A stretch of 63,929 nt of DNA, counting the filler, from Choristocarpus tenellus KU-1152 (Eukaryota; Protista; Phaeophyceae), in assembly GCA_964200185.2 (NCBI GenBank). It is 7 parts of 7 records of this genome, joined end to end, with 100 filler letters (N's around TTAATTAATTAA, not from the genome) between each part and the next. Parts side by side here need not be neighbours in the genome. Positions count along the whole stretch, not along the records: positions 37,609 to 43,136 come from CAXNAD020010514.1; positions 43,237 to 60,837 come from CAXNAD020000654.1; 5 more parts are not named here. One strand, given 5' to 3'. A program made the translations under genes and the position numbers. Below, in pieces: positions 37,609-49,774 of the stretch; position 1 is the first letter of the stretch, and each line of letters opens with the position of its first letter. Below the pieces are notes generated by a model. It was not told the DNA's origin. It saw nothing but the letters and a program-made list of their open reading frames with translations, and ran no database searches.

Positions 37609-38701
37609 AAAAATAGCAGTAATGAAGACCCAAAGTATCTGGGAGGGGGGGGGGGGATTTGGGTGGAAGGGGAGGGGGTACAGTGAGAGCTGCATATATT
37701 TTGTTGTGTGGTTGTGTATTTTTTTTTGTGAGTGGGTGCCCTTGTAATTGGGTGATTTGAACCAGTTACACGAGATGGTGTTGTGTGTTACCACAATGAA
37801 TACAGATACAATATATATATATATATTTATTTATTTTTCAAGTCTGTCTTGCCTTCTTTTTTTTTCAGGGTATTTTTTATTTTTGTTTGTGTGTGACCGA
37901 AGGACCGGGATTAGGGTTAGGGTTAGGGCAGTATTGTTTTGGAGGTTTGGGCCAAGGGTTAGGGTTATAGTCTTCTGCCTCCATGTTGTTGATGATATGA
38001 CCGGGTGTGAAGAGGAGGGGCGACATCTATGATGATTTGATCGCACCAATCTGTCCAGTCAGACCAGCATGGTTTGGTTACATTAAAAAAAAAAAAATGC
38101 ATTTGATTTGACTCTTGTGTGTGTGATCCCTGCAAACCGCAGCCCTCTCTTGCCGTAACAGCCAAACAAGTAAATTGTGGCAGGCTTTATAGGTGAGGTC
38201 AGTTTCTGTACAACCTCCCCCCCTCCCCTTTCCCCTCCCCCTCCCCCTCCCAAAATATTCTATAATTGGCGTTGTTGCTTCTGTATCTGCTTTAAAGCGT
38301 TGGATTAATCTCTTCCATCATGCACACTTATTCACAGAAGGATAGTACTTCATTAGTACTTCATCGGTACTTCATTGGTACTTTATTGGTACTTCATTAG
38401 TATTTGGTGTGTTACGTATGCTTGAGAGTGCATATCTCTGTTGCTGGAATGCCCATGTGATTGAACCTAAGTTTCAATTGATTTGTGCATCTTACAGGTA
38501 GAATGAAGGTGTTTGTTACTGATACTTGCAGCAATTTGTTGGGGGGGGGGGGGGGGGGGGAGGGGTTGTTCAAGCAGTAGACCAACACAATCATCCTGCG
38601 GGTTTCATCCAGCCAATAGGATGCATTCATTTGCCCCGACATGTTGCAAACTGGCCATAATATATGCCGTTTGTATTATTGCTACATGCGTTGCTTCACA
38701 G

Positions 38702-41700
38702 CTATCCCTGTACCCCAATCGCCTGTGTCCCCGGCAGGCGTTACTATCAACCCTTCCGAATGAGGGAACCTCCAAGGTTCGTCGCTGGCTCACTCCAACA
38801 CGACCTCCCCTGCTAGGAAAGAGCATCAGAGGAAGTCGCTCACACCGGCGTCCCCCCCCCACCTCTTTGGGCTCACTGACCAATCAAGGGGATCAAATCA
38901 CTAGTTGTGGGGAGCATGAAACAGGCAATAAGTATGGAGAGAACAAGCTTGGAAGAGGAGGAGGGGGAGGAAGGGAGGGGGGGGGGGGGGGGAGGGAGGG
39001 GCCAAGTTGGGGCAGGCGAGGAGGAAGAGGCCGTGATGAGCAGGGCTATAGTGCGGGCTCTGGTAGTGATGGTGGCGGTGTTGGTAGTGGTGTCAGAGGT
39101 TTCAAGGGAGGAATTTCTGTGAGCCATGAGAGTGGTGCTGTGGTTGAAAAGAACCTGGGTGTTGGGAGGGGTCATCGTCGGTCTATTACTGGTAATGGTG
39201 TTGAACTGGTCAGTGATGTTGGTGCCCATACCTGGGGTCCTGTGGGAGCACCAGTAGGAGCCCCGGCAGGGATCTGTTTGGTTTTTGAGGAACTGGAGGC
39301 GGTAGGATTGTCTGCTATGGACTCGAGGGCAACGGTGAGGTTTTATGGGACTACGAACTGGGGGGGGGGGGGGGGGTGAGGGGTTGGGTACGGGGGAATT
39401 GGGTTGGGTTAAGATGGGAAGAGNNNNNNNNNNTTGGGGGGGGGGGGGGGGGGGTGTGTGTGTTTTTGGGGGGGGGGGGGGAGGGGGGTGTTTTTGTGGG
39501 GAGAGGGGGGGGGGGGGGGGGGGGGGTTGTGAAGTGTTGTGTACTGGAGAATTGTGTTGAGTTATTTTGACCATGCTACTGGTATGTTCGTATCCCAGTA
39601 TTGATATATTGATATTTGAGAAAGTTTTTTTTCAAAAAGAAGAGGGAATGGTTGAAACAGGTCCTCTAGAGAGCATTCGAAACCGTTTGAGAAAATCGTT
39701 TGAACGCACTTGGCCCCTCCTTTTTTTCATTTTTATCTTTTTTATTTTTATTTTAGGGAGTGAGTGCAGTGTACAGGTTGTGGAAGCGGCGGCATTTCCC
39801 TGAGGCTTTTTGTTTTGTTTTTAAATCTTACTTTGTGACAGGAAAGGACAGCTCTGTCTGTGTTACACATACCAAAGTCCTTTGTTGGCCCATCCACTTT
39901 ACCGCCCTGACCTCCCCCCAACCCGTTCTGTTTTATGCCAATGGTTCTGCGGGATCTGGTGTGTGTGTGTGTGTGTGTGACTCAGGGGGGCAAGAGCGAC
40001 CCATACGTATCATTCTCCTCAGATCCTAAGAACCTTGTGGTGCCCACTCACCAGGGCAAGATGCCCCAGACTGAGGTTAAGGTCAACACCCTCAACCCAA
40101 AGTAAGTTGTTTTAGATGCATGTGTGTGTGTGTGCGCGCGCGCACGTGTTTAAGTGTAATAGGTGTCCTCTCTTTTAGATTTATAAGGGGCGAAGGGGTT
40201 GGGGGGGAATAAATGACTTTGGTTGTTCAACGCACTACAATAGATGAACATAAAATCAGAGGATGATTTTGGAGCGTCTATATATAGAATTGAAAAAAAA
40301 AGTTTTTTTTAATAGAAACTCAGTATCCTGAATTATGAAGAATAAAAAAAATATTAGATACAGTTGTAATAACATTTATGTAATATGCTTTTCATTTTAT
40401 TTTTAAAATGTTCCATATGTGTAAGTATGTTGATTGACTTTGGATGTACCAAGATACTCGTGCGGTTTAACGGTGTCACTGTATAATTTAGGGTGTCTAA
40501 GGCGGTGCTAATCCATGACCAACCTGTCACAGACCATCATTCGATGCCACTGTTTGATGGTACAGCGACTGTACAAGAGGTGTGGATAGTGCCTGTTACA
40601 CCATGCCTGGCATTTTCGTGGCTTTTTTGCTCTGAGTTCTCTGATGTCTTCTGTCCCCCCCCCACCAGTAGGGTTACTGATAACACACGTCTGGTTTACT
40701 CTTTTTCGTTACACACTATGTTCAAGTAGTAGTACACATGTATAGTCCTATATACTTTTCAATTTTGGCTTTTAGGGGGGTTTTCCGTATATATATATAT
40801 ATATATGTATGTTATATGTAGCATTCAGTCTTTTGAACAAAAGTTGCTTAAATGTCCTGTCCTGTCCTGTCCTGTCCTGTCCTGTCTTTCCCCATAGCCC
40901 ACCTGAATTGGCATTACTCACCCTCCTGTACCACCTAAACCCTTGTTTGGAACACAGATGGGACAGTCAGTACACCTGTTGCCTCACTGTGTCTGATCCT
41001 GAGGTGCTGCGCCACTGTCATGTTAGCCTTCTTGTGTGGGATAGGGACTTGGGGACAAAGGATGATCTTATAGGCGTGGCCAACCTGTCCCTGTCCGATG
41101 TGATGAGGTAAGGTGGGGGATGATGATCCCTGCTTGCTTGTCACTGCATCTTTGATGTGTCATACGTGATGATATTTCTGTCATTGTCAGGGGGCTTTCC
41201 GTTGGGATAGCCCACTTACTGGATTGGACCGGACTGTACCAAACCCCTACTGGACTCACCCTGCCCCCACTCCCCACCCTGTCATTCATTGGCAGGGCAT
41301 CGCCTCCCTTCTCCACTGCCCCCTCCAGTGCTCATGCCGTGGAGAGTGTTTTTGAAGGGGATGGTATTAAGGCTGCAACACCAACCACTGCCACTGGTGT
41401 ATGTGAGTTGGGTAAGGCCTCAGTTGTAGAGGCAGTGGTGCTTGCAGGCTCTCACTCCAATGGAGGTGATGTTGATGTTGTCAATGATGGTAGGAGAGGT
41501 AGTAGCATGTTGACAAACAGTAAGTACTTTGTAAGTGATAGAAGTGGCACTGAAGGGGAAAGTCACAAAAGAGATCTGCTGGTGGGGCAGGGGCGAGTGC
41601 AGGGGCAGGGGCAGAGGCAGGGGCAGGGGCAGGATGGAGATAAGGGTGAAAATGGGAGGAAATCAGGTGGCTACGCTGAGGAAGATAGTACATTGGGGGG

Positions 41701-42430
41701 GGATGATGGCGTTGGGGGGAATGAACATCAAGGACAAACTAGAACAGAGACAGCGGCTGATGAACAACAGCATACGCAACATGAATGCCATGGTGATGGT
41801 GATGGTAATCGTCAGCACGATAATGTTGTTGTGAAGGAGGAGACCAGCGATGGGGATGCAGGGTTGAAGAAGGCCACTGGGAAAGGTGATGAGCCTTCTT
41901 GTTTGCACCACTTGAAACCCTCCTTATCAAACGATTGGGATATCTATTTGCCCTTTGAGAAGGCTCGGTGTCGATATGAAGAGGGACTGTCCTTCAACCT
42001 GGCGCTTGTCCGTGATGGGTTGCCCCAGGGCCACATCAAGGGCAGGTGTATGTGTATCAGATCGTCGGGGTTGTGGAAAGTAACGTCCATGCCCAACCTC
42101 TTCGGTGGTAGTGGGCATGGGGGGTGGGGCGGTGCAATGCCAGGGATCAGTTGGGGTGCATGGAGTGGTGGGGTTGGGAGTGGTGGTTTTGGTAATGGTG
42201 TGGTTGGGATTAGCCAACGAAGGAAGAAGAGGAAGGTGAGGAGCCTGGTGGGAGGGAGGGGGGGGGGAGTACAGACAGAAAGAGGGCAAACAATAGAGAC
42301 CCGGATGGAGGGCGGGGTGCTGAGAGGAGGAGTGGGAGAGGAGTGCCGCATGCTGCGGTTGGAACGCAATGCGACTGTTTTTTCACAACATGGGGGGGGG
42401 GCAGAGGTGGTTGCACCGTGTCATAACTAG
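38702..42430 (+). CDS. 3' part of a C2-domain protein with long low-complexity insertions
   Basis: Exons 38702-39334 (...LVFEELEAVGLSAMDSRAT), 39986-40101 (GGKSDPYVSF...TEVKVNTLNPK), 40958-41107 (WD...VSLLVWDRDLGTKDDLIGVANLSL) and 41191-42430 (stop) splice in frame. Canonical C2 motifs MD..G.SDPYV, TLNPxW and VWDxD...DDxIG. Confidence 0.85.
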
Positions 42431-43136
42431 TTCCATCTGTGGCTGTGTTTGGGGTGGGGGGCAGGAGGCGTCTGCAGTATCTATCCGATTTTCTGTGTGT
42501 ACTGGAGTGTTGTTGGGGATGCCTTTGATGCTCTTGTGTCATGGAAACTCATGACCGACAGAGATTCGGCACTGTCTCTCTCGTTGGGGAGTTGGTGAAG
42601 TTGCCATCCGTGGTGACAGTTTCAGGTGGATAGTCTCGTTGTAGGCCTGCAGTGTCTTGTCCTTTTTTTAATAGTTGGGAGTCCCCGTTTTCCTCTCTGT
42701 GCCTCACATTGATAGGCGCGCCCAGGGGGGGGGAGGGGGGGGGGTGTTGCATCTGCTCACAAGCGTATTTAAGATAGGGTTAGGGTTTAGTCGGCAGCAT
42801 GGCATGACTGAGCAAGAAACTGTTGATGGTGCATGTTGAAAACACTTGCACTCTTAGCAGTAGATGTCGTAATGATGTCGCATGCCACTCCGTCGACTAT
42901 TTCTTTTTTTCTTGCTAAACTCAGGAATATTCTGGAATTGTTGGTGTCCACCGAATAAGCCCCCCCCCCCCTTCCGTGTCTTGCTGGGGTTTTTTTGGTT
43001 TCCCCACCAAATTGTATCTTTTCCTTGCCTGGAGTTTTTGTACATAAGAAGCACCTCAGGCTTAGCTGGAGTGATGACTGTGTTGGCCTTGCGCACCTGT
43101 CAGTTTTGTCATCAAACTGCTTTGTTGATTGATGGG

Positions 43137-43236
43137 NNNNNNNNNNNNNNNNNNNNNNNNNNNNNNNNNNNNNNNNNNNNTTAATTAATTAANNNNNNNN
43201 NNNNNNNNNNNNNNNNNNNNNNNNNNNNNNNNNNNN
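43137..43236. other. Artificial contig linker
   Basis: N44-TTAATTAATTAA-N44. Confidence 0.97.
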
Positions 43237-43717
43237 GGTTTTTGGTTTTAGCCCCCGAAGGAGTCCGCCTTTTTGAATCCCGCTTCGCCCCCCGCTTTTT
43301 CACCCCGGCGCCCCCCCCCCCCCCCCCCCTCTTCTTTTTCCCAATGCCTGAGAAGATACACATTTGCTCGCAACTTTTTTTTGTTTTCTTAGCCCTCGAG
43401 AATCTCTTATCTGTCCCTTCCCCTCTGCTGATTTGTACCCTTTAATGTCAAAAGGTCACCACTGTACCTTGTCCCTAGTTCTAATGATATCATGTTAGCA
43501 TTGAAGGTTATGGAATGTGTCTCTCTAACCCTAACCCTAAGAAAACACTGCACCGATGAAATAGACTAATAAAAATAAAACGACCAAATGGGATATAGTC
43601 ATACTAACCCTAACCCTAAGGTGGTGGTATGTATTGGGATTTGCCCTACTTTCTCTTTGGTTATGCTGCTCCCTAATATCCTTGTATGTGTATTGCTCTG
43701 CTATGACACGTGGATTG

Positions 43718-43918
43718 TCAATATCACCATCATTATCAATGTCACCATCAATATCTCTATCGATATTACTATCAATGTCACCATCAATATCACCATCAAT
43801 ATCATTATCAATATCATTATCATTATCACCATCAATATCACTATCACTATCAATGTCACCATCACTATCAATGTCACCATCACTATCAATGTCACCATCA
43901 ATATCACTATCACTATCA
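43718..43918. repeat. Tandem hexamer-based repeat (ATCAAT/GTCACC/ATCACT)
   Basis: Seen directly; ends at the AG acceptor 43919-43920. Confidence 0.9.
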
Positions 43919-43920
43919 AG

Positions 43921-45840
43921 GTATCTGCTGCTGCGGTGATACTCCATGGTGTGGTGTCAGTGCTGCTGCTCTCGCCTCTCCTATCCATTGTCTGCTGGGG
44001 GCGTGTTCACTCTATGGAGAGCCCAGTTGGTGGGGGTATGTTTGATGCTGAGAGGGCAGGCTTTGGCGAGTGCTGGGAAGAAGTGGATTATTCAGGGTGG
44101 ATGGGAGTGCCAGACCAGGAGGGTGGCGTTTGTGAAGAAATGGGAGGGTGAGATTTTGGAGAAAGTAAAGGTGTTTTTTTTGTGTGTTAGATTCCTAGGG
44201 TTAGGGTTAGTATGACTTGATTCCTGAGGTTAGGTTTAAGCGCTGTACATACAACAATGTTGTTTACAAGTACAAACAAGACTTGTTTTTTTATGTAATG
44301 CCCATTACATGTTTCTGAGTTAGGGATAGGGATAGGGTTAGGGTTAGGGTTAGGCCAAGAAAATATATGTATAATCTGGAGTGAAGGGGTGAATGGGTGC
44401 TTTTTGTCAACCTATAGTATGCTGCAAAGGGGATTTAAAGAAGAGTATTGCGATGTGGTTAATGTTAGGTACCCTAACCCTAACCCTATTCCGGCCATTT
44501 CCATAAATAATGGTGTATGTTCAAACTAGGGGTAGGGTTATGGTGCAGAGTGACGTGAATTACATCAGCAGGGAACTGTGTGTTACTGTTTTTTTTATTT
44601 TAGTGTGTAGTAGGGTTAGGGTTAAGAGGATCACATTTCATTTTCAATTTTTTTCAAAAGAACAAGAAAGGTTGGCAATACACATGCACGCAATATTGCA
44701 AACATTTTACCTGAATGCTTTTGAATTTATGTGTATATTTGTATCTATAGGGTATGGTTGACTTTAGAGTACTAGTGTGGTATATAGTATACTATAGCAC
44801 ACACAATAGTACTTGATATTTGTATCTAGAATGGTGAGTTGTACATATTGCAGGTAAGTATGGTGGACTCTATGGGATGTAACAATGTTGTGTGGTACAT
44901 TTTACTGGAAGGAGGCATCACTTCCTTCAAAGTGGCATGGATCAAGGGCACATGGTGTACAGGATATGGTATCAAGAATATACATGAAGGAGTTAGGCTG
45001 TCAATAGGGCTAGGGTTAGAGCAGCATAAGACGTGATGACATCACACACTAGTTTGAAATCGTTTCAGTATGGCGTAAACAACCCCTGGACTGACAAAAG
45101 ACTGACAAAAGACTGAATTCTTAACTTAAGCAGTGATTTGGACTGTCAAAGAGGTAAGAGCAACTTTTGTATCTAGCCTGTGGGCAGTGGTTGACATCCC
45201 AAGACTAGTTGGGGGTGTTGGCATGCCTTCCATAGGAGAGTAGTCGTGATATTTTAATTGAAGGGGAACACAGGTTTGATCAGCAGTGACTCTGGTTGAG
45301 CGTGGACAATGACAGTGACTCTTGTAGAGCGATTGTGGATGAGTTCTTCGATGGAAACATGTGTCAGTGTCCTCTCAAACCTCCTCCGCCTTAGTAACCT
45401 TGCATCTATACCACTTCCTCTCACTAACCCCTAGCTCCTAACCCTAAGCTATGACTCTGTTGTTCTTTTGGATCGTTTTCGATTCCCCAACCCTAACCCT
45501 TTGCAAAATGACTTTGCGTGGTTTGGGGATCAGATCAGATCAGATCAAATCAGATCAAGTCTTCCGATCCTTTCGAGTCAAAAGTAATTTTGCTTCCTTC
45601 AGAAGCAGCTCAGCTATGTCGGTCCACCTTTCCATAACTTATTTTGTCCTTTCTCCTCGTTTTATTTTTATTTTTTGATCACACCTCTGAGTAAATCGTT
45701 ACAGCATCAAATCATTAAAACAGTCTTGGTGCTTTAATTCTCCTTGTGTGGTTTTTGTTTGTTAGGGTTAGGGGTAGGGGTAGGGTTAGGGTTAGGGTTA
45801 AGCTCAGTTATGACAGCCCAACTCCTCCACATTGGTCAGA

Positions 45841-45877
<37 letters not shown>

Positions 45878-48800
45878 GGTTTATACAACTGATATTCCCT
45901 GGGTGGGCATGGTCTGTAACATGGTCTGTAGCATGGTTGGTAATATGGCCTGTAAGGAGTGGGAAGGATTCACCATCATTTCTTTCAGAGAAGTTATTTG
46001 TTTGGTTTGTCTATCCAACCCTAACCCTAACCCTAACCCTCCACAACCGAAACAGGCACTGATGTTTTTCAAAACATATTTATACCCTAGCCCTTTGATC
46101 ACCATGGAAAATAGAGGGTAGTGTGTATGTGTGTTTTCTTTTTTAGTCCAGTGCAACCCTAACCCTACTACAGTACGTCAAATCACATCTATGTCTATAT
46201 ATGTCTTAGGGTTAGGGTTACGCCTTGAAGTTGAAAAGTGTATTAAGTGCTAGGAGAATCTCACCGAGGTGAAGGAAAAAATGATTCCTAAAACATTAAT
46301 TTTTTTTAAAATCTCAATCGCAGGTATAAGATTGATCACCCAGAGGACATACATATTTTGAAGGGGGCTGTGTCCTATTGGTGGAAGTTGAAGGGCAATT
46401 TTTCCTATTGGTCCTGTTTTAATGCGTGTGGTCAAGGCTAGGGCGTTTTATTGGTGTACTTGTTGCTTTTCAGAATTTTTCCCCTTATGAATGCTTTCGA
46501 TCTTTTGGACTGGTACCTGTGTATATATACATACATATATATATAATATATATATATATTTATTGCTAAAAGTTGATGGTGTCAATTGAAGACAATGTGG
46601 TTTGACAGCATTGACGACTCGTCAATCATGTTTGCAGCTAGCACGTTTGGAGAGGTTTTACTATTACTATTGATAGCGTTGATCAACAGGAGTGTTAGGG
46701 TTAGATTCCAGGTGGACAAGATGAAGTGTAGAGATTTTGACACTTACGCCACTTATCCACAGTAGGTAGGTATACTAGTAGGTATACTAGTAGGTGTCCT
46801 AGGTATCAGGTCATACTTTGATTGGCATCAGGTCATACTTTGATTGGCATCAGGTCATACTTTGATTGGCAGGGACAACAATGTCGTAGTCATCTTGTTT
46901 GACACCACACTGAACCTGTGCTTACTGGAATTGATCGATTGGAAGGCCCAACAGTGCCCAACCCTTGTGTTCCACCATGTCCCCATTGGAAGGCTTTCTC
47001 CCTCTCTTTGCATGTGTACGTCCTTTGGAAGGGAATATCCTTCAAACTGACAAAGAGGAACTCCTCACTTCCTAGGTGGTGTCTGCTTGCCAACCCTAAC
47101 CCTAAACCTAACCCCAACCGTGTAGCCGTGCCTTACCCTAACCCTAACCCTAGAAGTGGTGTCTAATTTCATTTTCTAGCTTTTTTATAGTGTCAACCTT
47201 GCCTGGTGTGTGTTTTCTGACTCAGGTGCGTTGAGTGGTGGCTGTCTGTGGCATACACCCTACGCCTGGTGCGCTGTTGGCGGTTGGTGACCTTGAACAG
47301 TTCCCTTAATGCTCATGTCGAGACCTTTGTGGCAGTCCTGCCAGTGTTTGCTCAGACGCTGTGCTTTGCTCTCATTATTGCCTACGGGTTTGCTATTGCT
47401 GCTATGGATGTTTTTGCAGACAAGGCGCGTCGTGTTTCTTTTCTTCTTCTTTTTTATCACCCTTGTGTTTTTTTTAATCATTTTGAAATTTTAGAGGGTT
47501 GGGGTTAGGGTTAGGGTTATAGGGTAAGAGAGTGTTAATATAGTTGACAGTTAATATATTCGCAGATATCATAAAAGGATAGTTAAAATTGATGGTACAC
47601 GAATATGTCTTTAAGACAAAGAATAATAAGCGAAATCTACGATGAAAAAGATAATAAACTCGTAGACAGACAAGATATAGAAGACAAAAAAAATAGAAAC
47701 ACCCAAAGAAATAGATAATATAGGATATAATCACGGTGAGCAGATAACATGGAGTCGTTCGTTGATAGCAGTCGCGATGAGTGATGAGCGCGTGTTATCT
47801 AAGTTGAAGTTGAAGTTGAAGTATGTGTTTGAAATAGTCATAGGCAGTTCTTGGGGATTATTGTTCCATTTTTGCACGCCGACTCAAAAAAAAAAAAAAA
47901 AGTGATCCAAGACACAACTCCATTTTGGCTTCGTTACGCATTAGAGAGTGAGTGTTGGTACTTGGATACTCCCTATCAATAGCCTATCAATAGCCTATCA
48001 ATAGCTGACGCAGGGTTTATTGTTTAGTGCCACTTGGTCACCCTTTGCCGTTTCATTGGGCTGTCTTCCACAGGGGGAGTTTAGCGTGTGTGGCGTGTAC
48101 GGTATGGAAAACAGTTCCTATTCAGTGCAGTGTGTCGAGTCCCAAGAGCAACGTACTAGAAGGACTGTTTCTAAGAACATTTTTTAGCCAACTTCCGTCG
48201 ATGGGTGTAAATGAGAAGTGAAATCGCAACAACCCTAACCCTTGGGTACTGTAGATTTATTTTATTTTATTTTATTGTTCGTGATACGTTCGTTGAGGAC
48301 AAGTTAGTTGAGGGTTAGGGTTAATTTCTGGGTTTTTGTGTCACAAGGTGGTTGATATTTTAACGCTGGGATTTTTGTTTCCGAGGGAGAGTCAAGTAAG
48401 GTGTTGAAACTGTATAGGCCTTGCCAAGTTGTGGATTGGTGCAATTGCTCTACAGCGGTGGTTGTCGGACCTGTATCATTGTCAAACATACTATATATAC
48501 TTTGTTTGGAGTACTAACCCTAACCCTAACCCTAGCCCTGATCGAAGGTATGGGACAGTACATTTGTTCCCTAGGGTTGGGGTTAGGGTTAGCATGTCCA
48601 CCATGTTCTTTTCAATTCTGTGTCTTGTGTGTTTTTGTTCAAAGCATGTTACTCCACAGTGTCTACCCGTACTTGAAAATACTATATGCTTGAAAATACT
48701 ACACTTAATGCCGGTACTGGCTGGACTGTTTGGTAATCTATAACAGTACACAATCTACATTTCTAATTAGATGACCTACAACTTAGATGACCTACAACTC

Positions 48801-49736
48801 CCCAGCAGAGATGAAATCAAGGGTAATAAGCTATCACTTCCGATCACTAGGAATTTCTACCCTATACATTCCTTTTTTATTCCTAGCAATATTTGTAGTG
48901 GGTATTCAAATTGATAGTAATATTTGTAGTGGGTGTTCCAATTGATAGTAATATTTGCAGTGGGTGTTCAAATTGATGGTATTACTTGGAAGGAGTCAAG
49001 TGGAGCTCCTTCGATTCATCCATCCATCCATCCATCCATGCATCTATCTGCTACTCTGATAACCTGACTGGCCTCTTCATTTGTATCTTAACATGTTATC
49101 AATTAACATGTTGACATTTGTGTTTTGTCCAATCGGTCCAATTGATGGGATGGGACCTGTGCCCTTTTCTTTTACCGTGCATTGATGGGATGGGACAGGC
49201 CTCTTTCTTCGAGAATCCGACAACAGCCATGCAGACAATGCTCCAGCTCTTCATGGGCGTGGACTTCAGTGAGGTGATGGAGGAGACTGTTCGGGAGACT
49301 GGTTCTTATGCTCTCTTCTTTTTTGCTGTCTACCATGTGCTGGGAGTTCTGATCGTTTTCAATCTCCTCACTGCCATCGTGATCCAGATCTACAGGTACC
49401 AATACATGGGTCATTGTAAGTCAAGTCAGTCAAGTTCTTTTATTTTTTTGTGGATTGAGCTTCACTTGTTGGCAGTTATCTTTTTACTTACTTGATTGTG
49501 TAAGTTATGTGTAACCTTTGTGCACTCTGTGACCTAAACCCCCTCCATTCCCATCCTGATCGGTGTGATACATGGACATGGACATGGACATGGACACCAT
49601 TACACGGTCAGCGAGGCACTTAATGACAAGAGCAGGGATACCAGGGAAGAACAGCGCATGGCAGATAAGCAGCTTCAGGTAGGCATGATGGCCCATGTCC
49701 AATTCTGTCTCATTTGATCCAGTGCTAATGTTTAGC

Positions 49737-49774
<38 letters not shown>

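Noticed and set aside
38873-39574. 233-aa Pro/Thr-rich minus-strand ORF
   Set aside because: Antisense shadow of the Gly-rich C2-gene exon plus poly-G tracts and an N gap.
43537-44045. ORFs with DGDID / INVT / HHQY repeats (ice-binding-like or Ca-binding-like proteins)
   Set aside because: They are translations of a stop-free hexamer tandem repeat in several frames. The real exon begins at 43921.
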